Source: a bacterium
GTDB taxonomy: Bacteria; RUG730; JAAEPJ01
Assembly: GCA_024222485.1 (NCBI GenBank)
Contig: JAAEPJ010000005.1
Coordinates: forward strand, 1-51,194
Length of the DNA: 51,194 nucleotides
Reading direction: 5' to 3'
Below are positions 41,069-51,143 of the stretch, one piece after another (the stretch's first letter is position 1; every line of letters starts with the position of its first letter). The notes below the pieces were generated by a model that was given only the letters and a program-made list of their open reading frames with translations, was not told the DNA's origin and searched no databases. A program made the translations under genes and the position numbers.

Positions 41069-42181
41069 ATGCAACCTACAACCCATACACAGCATAAAAA
41101 GTTAAATCAGCAGCCGTTTTATTTAGAAAGTGGAGAAAGTCTGCCTTTTGTGCAAGTCGCCTATGAAATCTATGGAACATTGAATGCTGATAAATCGAAT
41201 GCTATTCTTGTCACGCATGCTTTTTCAGGTGATGCAACGGCTGCAGGTTCTTATGATAATAATGAAAATTTTGGTTGGTGGGATAAAATTATTGGTGAAG
41301 GTAAGGCGATTGATACTAAGAAATTTTGTGTAATTTGTACGAATACTTTGGGGGGGTGTCAAGGCACTACTGGACCTATTTTTATTAACCCTGAGATTGG
41401 CACACACTATGGGATGAGTTTTCCTAATATAAGTATTAAAGATATGGTTAATGTCCAGAAAGCATTTTTAGAGCAATTAGGTATTACACAACTTGCTTCC
41501 GTTATTGGCGGGTCAATGGGGGGGATGCAAGCTTTAGAATGGGGCGCTAGTTACCCTCAATTTGTTCAAAGTGTTATCCCTATTGCAACGGCAATGAAAC
41601 ATTCCCCACAGCAAATTGCTTTTAATGAGGTTGCAAGAAAAGCAATTACTCTTGATCCTAATTGGAATAAGGGTAATTATTATGATGCTACAAAGCCTGA
41701 GCTAGGACTTTCTATTGCACGCATGATAGGACATATTACCTATATGAGTGATAAATCAATGGAGTATAAGTTTTCGCGTAGGCAGAAAGAGGGTAGCTTT
41801 GAAGTAGAGAATTATTTGCAATATCAAGGAGATAATTTTGTAAAACGATTTGATGCTAATTCATACCTTTATATCACTAAGGCAATGGATTATTTTGATA
41901 TTTCAGATAGGTTATTTGTTAATGATAATCTTGCTAAGATAAAGTTTTTAGTCGTTGCCTTTTCCTCAGACTGGCTTTATCCTGCTTATCAGTCAGTTGA
42001 TATTGTGAAAAAGCTACATCAACGCTATGTTCCTGTAACATTTTGTAAGATCAATTCAAGCTACGGTCATGATGCATTTTTGCTGGAAACATCTGAGCTG
42101 ACAAAATTAATAAAACCATTTTTAGAAGCAATAATAGGTATTTCAGGAGAGATTATAGCAGACTCTTGTTCTATAGGATAA
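41069..42181 (+). CDS. metX: Homoserine O-acetyltransferase (alpha/beta hydrolase)
   Basis: GGSMGGMQ nucleophile elbow. The start is taken at ATG 41069, preceded by GAGAGAGGAAG. The track ORF extends upstream across the trmB end. Confidence 0.85.
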   Translation: MQPTTHTQHKKLNQQPFYLESGESLPFVQVAYEIYGTLNADKSNAILVTHAFSGDATAAGSYDNNENFGWWDKIIGEGKAIDTKKFCVICTNTLGGCQGTTGPIFINPEIGTHYGMSFPNISIKDMVNVQKAFLEQLGITQLASVIGGSMGGMQALEWGASYPQFVQSVIPIATAMKHSPQQIAFNEVARKAITLDPNWNKGNYYDATKPELGLSIARMIGHITYMSDKSMEYKFSRRQKEGSFEVENYLQYQGDNFVKRFDANSYLYITKAMDYFDISDRLFVNDNLAKIKFLVVAFSSDWLYPAYQSVDIVKKLHQRYVPVTFCKINSSYGHDAFLLETSELTKLIKPFLEAIIGISGEIIADSCSIG

Positions 42182-42185
42182 AATA

Positions 42186-42764
42186 ATGTTAGATAATAAA
42201 ATAATATCAGGTTGGATACCAAAAAATGCTACTGTGCTCGATCTTGGTTGTGGTGAGGGCAGGCTGATGTTTTATCTTAAGCAACAGAATCAGGCTGTTA
42301 TTCATGGTGTAGAAATTTCTGAGCAATGCATTTATAAATGTGTTGGCAAAGGGTTGAGTGTTTTTCACAGTGATATTGAGCATGGTTTGGCTGATTTTCC
42401 GGATAATAGTTTTGATTTTGTGATTTTTTATCAAAGTCTGCAACAGATTAAAAACTTAGATTTTGCTTTAAATGAAGGTTTAAGAGTGGGGAAAAAGGTT
42501 ATTGTGGGTTTTCCTAATTTTGCTTATTATAAATCAAGGGTTGTTTTACTTTTTCAAGGGAAGGCCCCTGTGACTAAAGATTTGCCTTACCGCTGGGATA
42601 ATACACCTAATGTTCATTTTTTTGGGATTCGGGATTTTAAAAGTTTTTGTAAAGATAATAAAATTAAGATAGAGCAAGAAATTGCTGCCTCAGAAAAGAA
42701 AGTCATTAAGTTTATGCCAAACTTAATGGCAGAGCGTGCTTTATTTTTACTTAGTAAAGACTAA
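42186..42764 (+). CDS. metW: Methionine biosynthesis protein MetW (SAM-MTase-like partner of MetX)
   Basis: 192 aa. VLDLGCGEG motif. Immediately follows metX, as in metXW operons. Confidence 0.8.
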   Translation: MLDNKIISGWIPKNATVLDLGCGEGRLMFYLKQQNQAVIHGVEISEQCIYKCVGKGLSVFHSDIEHGLADFPDNSFDFVIFYQSLQQIKNLDFALNEGLRVGKKVIVGFPNFAYYKSRVVLLFQGKAPVTKDLPYRWDNTPNVHFFGIRDFKSFCKDNKIKIEQEIAASEKKVIKFMPNLMAERALFLLSKD

Positions 42765-43447
42765 GCTAATTATTTGTATCGCTTTTATATCAAGAATTTC
42801 CTTAGTGAAATATTAAAATTATTGATTTTTTATTTTAACTTGTGAGCTAATAATTTTCACTTTCTAAATACCTTTTTATTCCTTATTATTTAAAAATAGT
42901 TTTTTGTTTGGTTATTACTAATAACTATGTTGGTTAGTAATAATTGATTAGTGTTGTTTTTGTAATATGGTTATTTTTTCGATTTTTTTAAATTTATAGT
43001 AACAGAATATTTTTAATAAAATATTCTAACTTTAATAATTAAGGTTGTTGCCAGTGATGGCGTAAAAACAGTTGCAAGTAGTTTTGAGATATCTTAGACA
43101 CACAAAAGTTGACAGTACCAGGTTTAGAATTTGGAGATTTGAGTTTTGAAAGATCTTATGGATCAACAGTTATTGATGATAGTAACAGCGATTTTGAAGT
43201 GCAGTTAGATGGGGAATATGACTTAATAGAAAATGATTTTATGTTTTAAGGTTTATAACTTATAATGAAACAGTAGCTGCGCTGTTTAGGGTTAATACAG
43301 ACAGCAATGCTGTAGCTTCGCTTTTTTTTATTCTTTGGAATAAAAAAAGTATTAATTACTCATGCAGAACAGTTTTTTGTCGGTAAAAAAGTTGATTTGT
43401 TATTATAATTTTTTTTAATTGAAAAAATTTAAGAGGAGGGCTTGATT

Positions 43448-44296
43448 ATGATTTTTATAGCTATTATAGGGGTTTTTGTTCTTTTTATTATTGGTATTCG
43501 GATTATTAGACCTGTTGAAGTTGGGGTCATTGAGTTTTTAGGTAAGTATTCTAAAACTTTTAAATCTGGTTTCCATTGGATTTTTCCGGGGTTACATCGG
43601 CTCCAAAAAATTAATATTACAGAAAGGCGTGTGGATATTGACCCACAGTCAATCATTACAAAAGATAAGCTAAATGCTGAGGTTGACGGTGTTGTTTACT
43701 TTAAGGTTGTGGATGCTCACCATGCTATTTATAATGTTAATGATTTTAGGTCTTCAGTTCCTTCTCTTGCTAAAACAACATTAAGAGCTGTTATCGGTAA
43801 GATGACTTTAACAGAGGCAAATGAAAATAGAGATAAGATCAATGAAGAAGTAGAAAAAATATTAGATTTAGAAGTTAGTAAATGGGGAATTAATGTTGTA
43901 AGGGTTGAGCTGCAGCGGATAGAACCACCTGAAGATGTCCAGATCGCAATGAACCAAGTTGTTAAAGCAGAAAATGAAAAAATAGCGGCACTTGATTTGG
44001 CAACGGCTATTGAAACGAAAGCCGATGGTGAAAGACGATCAGAGATAAAAAAAGCAGAGGGTATTGCTGCAGGAATTAAGCTAAAAGCAGAAGCAGATGG
44101 TGAGGCAATTAAAGTCGTTAATGAAGCGGCTGAAAAATACTTTGTGGGTAATGCACAGTTATTGAAAAAGTTAGAAACAGTAACAGCATCATTAAAGGAC
44201 AATGCTAAAGTTATTGTGCCAGCTAATAGCGATTTGGTTAATATTATTGGGGATCTAGCAGGTGCCAATATCCCAATCATTAAAAAAGAAAAATAG
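43448..44296 (+). CDS. SPFH/band-7 (stomatin/prohibitin-like) membrane protein
   Basis: N-terminal TM, a PHB domain (VDGVVYFKV..., TLRAVIGKMTLTEA) and a C-terminal Ala/Glu/Lys coiled coil. AGGAGGG lies upstream. Confidence 0.8.
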   Translation: MIFIAIIGVFVLFIIGIRIIRPVEVGVIEFLGKYSKTFKSGFHWIFPGLHRLQKINITERRVDIDPQSIITKDKLNAEVDGVVYFKVVDAHHAIYNVNDFRSSVPSLAKTTLRAVIGKMTLTEANENRDKINEEVEKILDLEVSKWGINVVRVELQRIEPPEDVQIAMNQVVKAENEKIAALDLATAIETKADGERRSEIKKAEGIAAGIKLKAEADGEAIKVVNEAAEKYFVGNAQLLKKLETVTASLKDNAKVIVPANSDLVNIIGDLAGANIPIIKKEK

Positions 44297-44450
44297 TTGA
44301 AGACTTTGATATTCCTAAAAGAAGTGCAGAACTATGCTTCAATAGCTATCAAGTTTTTTTAAATAGTTATGGTTTATTGTCTTTATTATCTTTACTTGTC
44401 TTATACTTTTAAATCCTGAAAATTTTATTCTGATTTGAATAAAAATAAAT

Positions 44451-45155
44451 TTATTTTTTAGGTTTTAGGAGATATAAATAGCAAGCAGCGGATAAGCCGG
44501 CTGATCCAAAAACCATACACATAACCATGATTTGATATCTTGCTGCAATTATGGGAGAAATGCCGGACAAGATTTGCCCTGTCATCATGCCGGGGATTGA
44601 GACAAGTCCTACGGCAAAAAGCGAGTTAACAGAGGGGATAAGTGCGGCTTTAAACGCTATTTTTCGCGATTTGAGGTAGTCCAGATGATGGACACTTTCT
44701 GCATGGAAGCGTTCTGCTGCAAGACTGACGCTGTTCATACAGTTTGCAAATATCATGCCTGCTAAGGGGATTATATAGCGTGGTGAATACCAAGGGGTAA
44801 GATCAAGGACTTTTTGGCTTACGATAAATAGGGTGAACCCGCCACCGATGAGAATAGCGATGAATGCATTTTTATATAATTTTTTGCGTTCTTTTTTTAT
44901 TGTCCGTAAAGAAATCCAGCTTGAAGTTATGATCATAAGTAAAAAGATTGCCATAACGATCCAAGGGTTATTCGATTCGAAGATGGTCGTTAAGAAATAG
45001 CCGATGATTAATAGTTGGCTAAGCATCCTGAGTACTGCATGTATGCTTGTTTTTATTTTGAGGGACCATTTTATTAAAATTCCCATGACCAAGAGTACGG
45101 GAATGAAAGCAATTAAAATTTTAATAAATGATAGTGTTTGTATGGAATTATTCAT
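44451..45155 (-). CDS. FetB/YbbM-family (UPF0014) putative iron-export ABC permease, orphan (no adjacent ATPase)
   Basis: Polytopic. The PLAGMIFANCMNSVSLAAERF and SIPGMMTGQILSGISPIIAARYQIMV blocks are collinear with E. coli FetB. The start is taken at the internal Met (MNNSIQTL). Confidence 0.65.
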   Translation of the reverse strand: MNNSIQTLSFIKILIAFIPVLLVMGILIKWSLKIKTSIHAVLRMLSQLLIIGYFLTTIFESNNPWIVMAIFLLMIITSSWISLRTIKKERKKLYKNAFIAILIGGGFTLFIVSQKVLDLTPWYSPRYIIPLAGMIFANCMNSVSLAAERFHAESVHHLDYLKSRKIAFKAALIPSVNSLFAVGLVSIPGMMTGQILSGISPIIAARYQIMVMCMVFGSAGLSAACYLYLLKPKK

Positions 45156-45212
45156 AGTGAGTATTGTAACACATTTATTTGTTTTTATATCAAGAAAAAA
45201 AACAATAAAGTA

Positions 45213-45241
45213 TTGCATTTTTTTTGTAATTAAGCTATATT
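45213..45241 (+). promoter_or_regulatory. Candidate sigma70-like promoter for rpsB-tsf (TTGCAT-N17-TATATT)
   Basis: Hexamers read directly from the sequence, about 100 nt upstream of rpsB. Confidence 0.35.
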
Positions 45242-45341
45242 ATTTAGAATTTTTGTCTAGTGACGGAAAAATTCACAAAATGTGTAGGTTTTAAGAGAGA
45301 AAAGCTTAAGACTCAAACAAATTTATAAGGAGATTTTGGTA

Positions 45342-46214
45342 ATGGCAAATATTACTATGAAAAATTTGTTGGAAGCAGGTGTTCATTTTGGACATCAAAC
45401 AAGAAGATGGAACCCTAAAATGGATAAACATATTTTTGGTTCTAGGAATAATATTCATATTATTGATCTTCAACAGACAGTGAGATGTTTAAAAGAGGCA
45501 TATCGATATTTAAAAGAAGAGGCTGCTTTAGGCAAGACTTTTTTATTTGTTGGAACAAAAAGACAGGCACAGGACTCTATTAAAGATCAAGCTGAAAAAA
45601 GCGGTATGTATTATATTAATTATAGATGGCTTGGTGGCACGCTTACTAACTTTGAAACAATCAAAAATAGTATTAAGAGGCTTACTTACCTTGAGGATTT
45701 AAAAAATAGTTCTACTTGGGATAAGTTAAGTAAAAAAGAAGTGGCAAGGCTTACGAAAGAATACCAAAAATTAGAAAAAACTCTATGTGGGATTAAAGAT
45801 ATGCCTAGGTTGCCTGAAATTGCGATTATTATTGATCCAGAGAATGAAATGACAGCGGTTAAGGAATGTCGCAAACTTAATATTCCTATTGTATCTATTC
45901 TTGATACAGATTGTAATCCTGATGTAATTGATGTTGGTGTGCCTGGGAATGATGACGCAATCCGTGCGATCAGACTTTTTCTTTCTATTTTTACGGACGC
46001 AATCAATGAGGGTAAAGAGATTTACACTAAAGTTGATGAAACGCCAGAAAAGGAAAGTACTCCGGAAGAAGTAGTTGTAGCAGAAATCAAAGCGGATGCA
46101 AAACCTCAGGAAGAAAAAAAAGTAATAAAAGATACAAAAACTGAAAAAGAAGTCACTCAAAATAAAAAGGCATCGACAAAAGCTAAAGTAGTTAAGAAAT
46201 CTGAGATAAAATAG
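45342..46214 (+). CDS. rpsB: 30S ribosomal protein S2
   Basis: [33 protein letters not shown] lies 9 nt upstream. The Lys/Glu-rich C-terminal extension is unusual but in frame. Confidence 0.9.
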   Translation: MANITMKNLLEAGVHFGHQTRRWNPKMDKHIFGSRNNIHIIDLQQTVRCLKEAYRYLKEEAALGKTFLFVGTKRQAQDSIKDQAEKSGMYYINYRWLGGTLTNFETIKNSIKRLTYLEDLKNSSTWDKLSKKEVARLTKEYQKLEKTLCGIKDMPRLPEIAIIIDPENEMTAVKECRKLNIPIVSILDTDCNPDVIDVGVPGNDDAIRAIRLFLSIFTDAINEGKEIYTKVDETPEKESTPEEVVVAEIKADAKPQEEKKVIKDTKTEKEVTQNKKASTKAKVVKKSEIK

Positions 46215-46290
46215 TTTGTGTGAAGAAGAGTCAGCGTCGTATACTTAAGATCTGAGATATTTTGTCGCCAAAGATAAGAGGAGAAATAAC

Positions 46291-46884
46291 ATGACAATTA
46301 AAGCAAGTGATGTACAGGCATTAAGAGAACTCACTAATGTTGGTATGATGGATTGTAAAAAAGCATTACAGGAAACGAGTGGAGATATTGAAAAAGCTGT
46401 TATAATTTTAAGAGAAAAAGGTATTGCAAAAGCTGCAAAAAGAGCTGGGCGAGAGGCTAAGGAAGGCTTGGTTTACTCTTATATTCACCCAGGGGGAAAA
46501 CTAGGTGTTTTGATTGAAGTTAATTGTGAGACTGATTTTGTTGCCAAGAATGAAGACTTTATTCAGCTTGTGAAAGATCTTGCGATGCAAGTTGCAGCAG
46601 CAGCACCTCAATATATTGCTAAAGAAGAGGTTCCATCTGAGATAATTGATGCGGAGATGGCTATTGCCAAAAAACAGCTCGAAACTGAAGGAAAACCTGC
46701 TAATATTATTGAGAAAATTATCCCCGGAAAAATTGCTAAATACCATTCGGAGATTTGTTTGCTTGAGCAAAATTCTGTTAAAGATTCTTCCGTTAAGATG
46801 GGTACAATGTTTGATGATTTTAGATCAAAGATAGGTGAGAAGGTGGTTATACGAAGATTCGTACGCTATGAACTAGGAAACTAG
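46291..46884 (+). CDS. tsf: Elongation factor Ts
   Basis: 197 aa. [16 protein letters not shown] (UBA-like N-terminus). Confidence 0.9.
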   Translation: MTIKASDVQALRELTNVGMMDCKKALQETSGDIEKAVIILREKGIAKAAKRAGREAKEGLVYSYIHPGGKLGVLIEVNCETDFVAKNEDFIQLVKDLAMQVAAAAPQYIAKEEVPSEIIDAEMAIAKKQLETEGKPANIIEKIIPGKIAKYHSEICLLEQNSVKDSSVKMGTMFDDFRSKIGEKVVIRRFVRYELGN

Positions 46885-46895
46885 TAGATTTGAAA

Positions 46896-46930
46896 GCAGG
46901 AAGCTTTAAAAGCTCTCCTGCTTTTTTTTT
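46896..46930 (+). terminator. Rho-independent terminator after tsf
   Basis: GCAGGAAGCTTT/AAAGCTCTCCTGC stem of about 10 bp with one bulge, followed by T9. Confidence 0.65.
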
Positions 46931-46987
46931 GGCATTAGCAGGTTTAAGTGACGGTGAGATTATTAATAAGTTTTAAAAGAGGGAAGT

Positions 46988-47701
46988 ATGAGTCAACCAA
47001 AATATAAAAGGATTCTTATTAAAATCAGTGGTGAATCATTGGTAAGCCCAAGCCAAGCCATTGATCTTTCTTCTGATAATGTTAACAGGTTAGCTTCTCA
47101 GATTAAAGAAATGAAGTCGCTTGGCGTGGAAGTTGCAATTGTTATTGGTGGTGGGAATATTTGGCGTGGCAGCTTTGCAAAGAAGATTGATCCTGTTACT
47201 TCTGATTACATGGGGATGATGGCGACGATGATTAACTCTTTAGCCCTTCAGAGTGCGCTTGAACTCAAAGATATTCCTACAAGAGTACAGAGTGCAATCA
47301 TGATCCAAAAGTTAAGCGAGCCATTCATTAGGCGTCGTGCAATTAGACACCTAGAAAAAGGTCGTGTGGTCATTTTTGCATGTGGAACGGGTAACCCATT
47401 TTTTACAACAGATACAGCTTCTGTCCTACGAGCTGCTGAGATTGATGCTGAGATTATTGTTAAAGCGACTAAGGTTGATGGTATTTATTCTGATGATCCT
47501 CAAAAAAATAGTGATGCAGTTAAGTATTACAGCATAACTTTTGAGAAAGCATTCAAGAAGAACTTAAAAGTTATGGATGCGACAGCTTTTTCATTATGTA
47601 TGGAGAAAAATATTCCGATCGTTGTTCTTAATATGAATAAAGAAAACAATATTTTAAAAGCAGTTCTAGGTGAGAAAGTAGGTACAGTTGTAAAACAGTA
47701 G
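46988..47701 (+). CDS. pyrH: UMP kinase
   Basis: 237 aa. ILIKISGESL and GGGNIWRG motifs. Confidence 0.9.
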   Translation: MSQPKYKRILIKISGESLVSPSQAIDLSSDNVNRLASQIKEMKSLGVEVAIVIGGGNIWRGSFAKKIDPVTSDYMGMMATMINSLALQSALELKDIPTRVQSAIMIQKLSEPFIRRRAIRHLEKGRVVIFACGTGNPFFTTDTASVLRAAEIDAEIIVKATKVDGIYSDDPQKNSDAVKYYSITFEKAFKKNLKVMDATAFSLCMEKNIPIVVLNMNKENNILKAVLGEKVGTVVKQ

Positions 47702-47738
47702 ATGTTTTGCAGTAGTGCCTGATAAACAGGAGGAAAGT

Positions 47739-48302
47739 ATGGAAATTATCAATACAATTAAAGATGATGCTCAAGATAAAATGAAAAAAACCATTATAAA
47801 GCTTGGTGAAGAATTTTCTGCCTTAAGAACAGGTCGTGCGAATTCGGCATTGCTGGATATTATTAAGGTAGATGTTTATGGCTCAAAGATGCCCATTAAT
47901 CAATTGGCAAATATTTTAATTCCTGAAGCGCGTGTTTTAGAGATTGTGCCATGGAGTTTAGAAAATTTAGAGCATATTGAGAAAGCTATTAATCAGTCAC
48001 CTTTGGAACTAAACCCCTCTAATGATGGAAAATTAATTCGGATTGTTTTACCAGCTTTAACAGAAGATAGCCGTAAAAAATTGGTTAAGCATGCCAAGGT
48101 CGCTGCAGAAAACTTTAAAATTGCCGTTAGAAATGAAAGGCGTGATGCTAATACTGATTTAAAACATGCTGGCAAAAATAAGGAAATTACCGAAGATTTT
48201 GTAAGAAATGGAGAAGAAGAAGTTCAGAAAATTACTAATAAATATATTAAGCAGATCGATGAGATGTTATCTCAAAAAGAAGCAGAAATTATGGAAGTTT
48301 AA
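47739..48302 (+). CDS. frr: Ribosome recycling factor
   Basis: MEIINTIKDDAQDKMKK...LRTGRANSALLD. GGAGG lies 7 nt upstream. The track ORF starts at an upstream GTG. Confidence 0.9.
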   Translation: MEIINTIKDDAQDKMKKTIIKLGEEFSALRTGRANSALLDIIKVDVYGSKMPINQLANILIPEARVLEIVPWSLENLEHIEKAINQSPLELNPSNDGKLIRIVLPALTEDSRKKLVKHAKVAAENFKIAVRNERRDANTDLKHAGKNKEITEDFVRNGEEEVQKITNKYIKQIDEMLSQKEAEIMEV

Positions 48303-48574
48303 AGTTTTGGATAGTATTGTAGCGCTAGATCTAAGATTTATTTTTTATATTTGATATTTTCAAGAAAAAAAGGTTAGTTTCTTTTAAAAATAGATTCCCA
48401 AGATTCCCTAAGTTATCTCGATTTACTTTTATTTTTCTCATCTGACCTCTTTGATTAAAGATATTTTTAAATTTTTATGGGGATTATGGTAGGAATAAGT
48501 TTGTTTAATGATTTTAATTGTGGATCAGAAATAACAATTAGCTTACTAAGGCTAAGAAATAAAAAGGTAAATTA

Positions 48575-50494
48575 ATGAAATTTAAAGGGAAAATTGAACT
48601 TACTTTAAAAGGTTTTGGTTTTTTAATTTGTGAAGATAAGAACCAAAAAGATATTTTTATTCTTAAAAGAAACTTGAATAATGCAATGGACGGCGATGTT
48701 GTCATTGTTGAAACTTTGAATAAGACGAAGAAGCCTGAAGGCATTGTTGTCGAGATTGTGGCTCGTCGTAATAATAATATTGTTGGTACATTTCATAAAG
48801 ATAAAAAGAATAGCTATGGTTTTGTGATTGCAGATGATAAAAATGTTTATCTAGATATTTTTATCCCAAAAGGGCAGGCTCTTTCTGCAAAGGATGATGA
48901 TAAAGTTGTTGTAAAAATTACGAAGTGGCCTGATAGCGAAAAAAGAAGTCCTGAGGGTGAAATAACTGAAAACTTAGGTAATAAAAATAAAAAAGGTGTG
49001 GATATTCTTTCTGTTATCAAGAAGTTTGATATTAATGAGAAATTTCAGAAACAAGTATTAGCTGAAGGTACAAAGATTCCCGGTTTGGTCACTAATAAAG
49101 ACTTGAATGATCGTTTGGATTTAAGAGAGCATAAAATAGTTACTATTGATGGCATGGATTCTAAAGATTTAGATGATGCTATTTCTCTTTTAAAGCTTGA
49201 CAATGGGCATTTTAAACTGGGTGTCCATATTGCAGATGTTGCTCATTATGTCCAAGAAAACTCAGAGCTTGATCGTGAAGCTTTTGAGCGTTCAACCAGT
49301 ACTTATTTGATTGATACCGTTATTCCGATGTTACCGGAGAATCTTTCCAATGGTATTTGTAGCTTGAATCCTAATGTTGACCGCTTAACTATTTCTTGTA
49401 TTATGGAGATTAATCACAAGGGGAATGTTGTTAACCATGAAATTGTTGAAAGTGTGATTAAGACAACTAACCGGTTAGTTTATACGGAGGTATCGGATAA
49501 TTTAGAGAGCAAAAATCCTGATCAATATTATAAAACTATGGAAGACTTAGCTCTTATTTTAAAGAAAAAGCGATACCAGCGTGGCACGATTGATTTTGAA
49601 TTTGCTGAACCTTATATTGTGCTAGACAAAAAAGGCAAGGCCGTTGATGTTAAGATCCGAGATCGTCGTATAGCAAATAAGATCATTGAAGAGTTCATGA
49701 TTTTGGCAAATGAGACAGTGGCAGAATATGTGCATCACTTTAATTTACCCTTTGTTTTTAGAGTTCATAAGCAGCCGAGTGAAGAAAAAATTATGATTTT
49801 CAATAAATTTTTAGATAATCTTGGTTATAGGATTAAGGGGAAGCAAGGAGAGGTTCATCCTAAAGCATTACAGGCTATTCAAGCTAAAATTGCGGGTTCG
49901 CCTGAAGAAGATATTGTTAACAAAATGATGCTTCGCAGTTTAAGGCAGGCTAAATATAGTGTGAAAAATGAAGGACATTTTGGTTTAGCTTCGAGTTATT
50001 ACTGTCATTTTACTTCGCCGATTCGTCGGTATCCTGATTTGGTTGTGCATAGAATTTTAAAAGATATCATCAAGAATAAAATTACCAAAACAAGGGTAAA
50101 AGAACTTGAAGAAATGGCAAGGACAGTGTCGCTTCAAGCCTCGGAGCAGGAACGTATCTCGGAGAAAGCTGAACGGGATGTTTATGATATGAAAAAAGCT
50201 GAGTATATGGAAGATAAGGTTGGAGATATTTTTTTAGGCACAATTTCTTCTGTCCTTAGGTTTGGTTTTTTTGTTGAGCTGGCTAATTGTGTGGAAGGCT
50301 TGGTGCGGGTTGAAAACTTAAAAGATGATTATTATATTTTTGATGAGCAACGAATGAGTTTATCAGGGGAACATAATAAAAAAACTTTTAAGATTGGGGA
50401 TAAGGTCAAGGTTCTTTTAGCAAAGGTCAGTGTTGAGCGGCGTGAGGTTGATTTTGAGTTATTACCTAGAGATAGAAAAGTCAAAGAGTCTTAA
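48575..50494 (+). CDS. rnr: Ribonuclease R / RNase II-family 3'-5' exoribonuclease (VacB)
   Basis: 639 aa. Cold-shock-like N-terminus, RNB domain (TIDGMDSKDLDDAISL, HFGLASSYYCHFTSPIRRYPD) and a C-terminal S1 domain. Confidence 0.85.
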   Translation: MKFKGKIELTLKGFGFLICEDKNQKDIFILKRNLNNAMDGDVVIVETLNKTKKPEGIVVEIVARRNNNIVGTFHKDKKNSYGFVIADDKNVYLDIFIPKGQALSAKDDDKVVVKITKWPDSEKRSPEGEITENLGNKNKKGVDILSVIKKFDINEKFQKQVLAEGTKIPGLVTNKDLNDRLDLREHKIVTIDGMDSKDLDDAISLLKLDNGHFKLGVHIADVAHYVQENSELDREAFERSTSTYLIDTVIPMLPENLSNGICSLNPNVDRLTISCIMEINHKGNVVNHEIVESVIKTTNRLVYTEVSDNLESKNPDQYYKTMEDLALILKKKRYQRGTIDFEFAEPYIVLDKKGKAVDVKIRDRRIANKIIEEFMILANETVAEYVHHFNLPFVFRVHKQPSEEKIMIFNKFLDNLGYRIKGKQGEVHPKALQAIQAKIAGSPEEDIVNKMMLRSLRQAKYSVKNEGHFGLASSYYCHFTSPIRRYPDLVVHRILKDIIKNKITKTRVKELEEMARTVSLQASEQERISEKAERDVYDMKKAEYMEDKVGDIFLGTISSVLRFGFFVELANCVEGLVRVENLKDDYYIFDEQRMSLSGEHNKKTFKIGDKVKVLLAKVSVERREVDFELLPRDRKVKES

Positions 50495-50950
50495 CCTATA
50501 AGTTGAGATAGAGATATTAGAGGGCTGCGGCAGAAGTTAGCAAGAACTTATCTTCGAGAGCTGTTTTTATAGCTAAAATACAAGAGTTTATTACAAAAAA
50601 AAGGTTAAATCATGAGATAATACTCAAGAGTTAGCACCTAAAGTAGCTGAGTCGATTTGTTTTAGAAAAAGGTACATCTCATCGTTCTCTTCTTATCTTA
50701 AATAATTCGTTAAAATGAAAGTTTATTATAATGTGTAATTGTCCTAATTTTAAAGATCATCGCTGGAATAATAATATTTGTTTGAGGGAAGTGGGATAGG
50801 CAATGATTCGTAAGCAATATTCTAAACGCATCAATCCATAAAACGTAAGGATTATAAAATTACTTTATGAACCAATCCATGGATATTTTTCATCACTAGC
50901 GTCCACTAGATTTTTGATTAATTTTGAGTTTGTGGCGAAAGAGGTGTCGC

Positions 50951-51085
50951 ATGAAAAACATATTTTTGGGGATATTGATTTTTTGTTTTACGGCAGCTTT
51001 ATTTGCAGAAACATTAACAATAGAAGAATTTATTGTGTTTGCGGTTAAAAAGGATCTATACTGTACCCCATTAAGAAATTTATAA
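50951..51085 (+). CDS. Hypothetical small ORF (44 aa) with an N-terminal hydrophobic, signal-like segment
   Basis: AAAGAGG upstream. MKNIFLGILIFCFTAALFAE... Not in the track because it is under 60 aa. Confidence 0.2.
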   Translation: MKNIFLGILIFCFTAALFAETLTIEEFIVFAVKKDLYCTPLRNL

Positions 51086-51143
51086 AAAGTGAGAATATTA
51101 ATATAATAAAATCACTTAAATTAATGGAGGTCCTTTTAAAAAA

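Noticed and set aside
43158-43260. Two micro-ORFs of 16-17 aa in the metW-SPFH gap
   Set aside because: They have no SD and no conservation signal, and are probably noise.
43729-44280. 183-aa antisense ORF inside the SPFH gene (Ala/Ser/Thr-rich)
   Set aside because: It is a mirror-frame artefact of the Ala/Glu/Lys-rich coiled-coil coding sequence on the opposite strand. It has no SD and low-complexity composition.
48303-48574. Adjacent 8-bp palindromes TAGCGCTA / TAGATCTA and the tandem AGATTCCC AGATTCCC upstream of rnr
   Set aside because: They are short and in AT-rich DNA. They cannot form RNA hairpins because they have no loop. They are likely coincidental or simple promoter context.
50495-50950. 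Possible tmRNA/other structured RNA in the 456-bp spacer after rnr
   Set aside because: There is no GGGGCUG...UCGACGGG 5' tRNA-like end, no 3' CCA-acceptor-like GGUUCGAAUCC T-arm, and no resume-codon signature. Only weak AT-rich hairpins are present.
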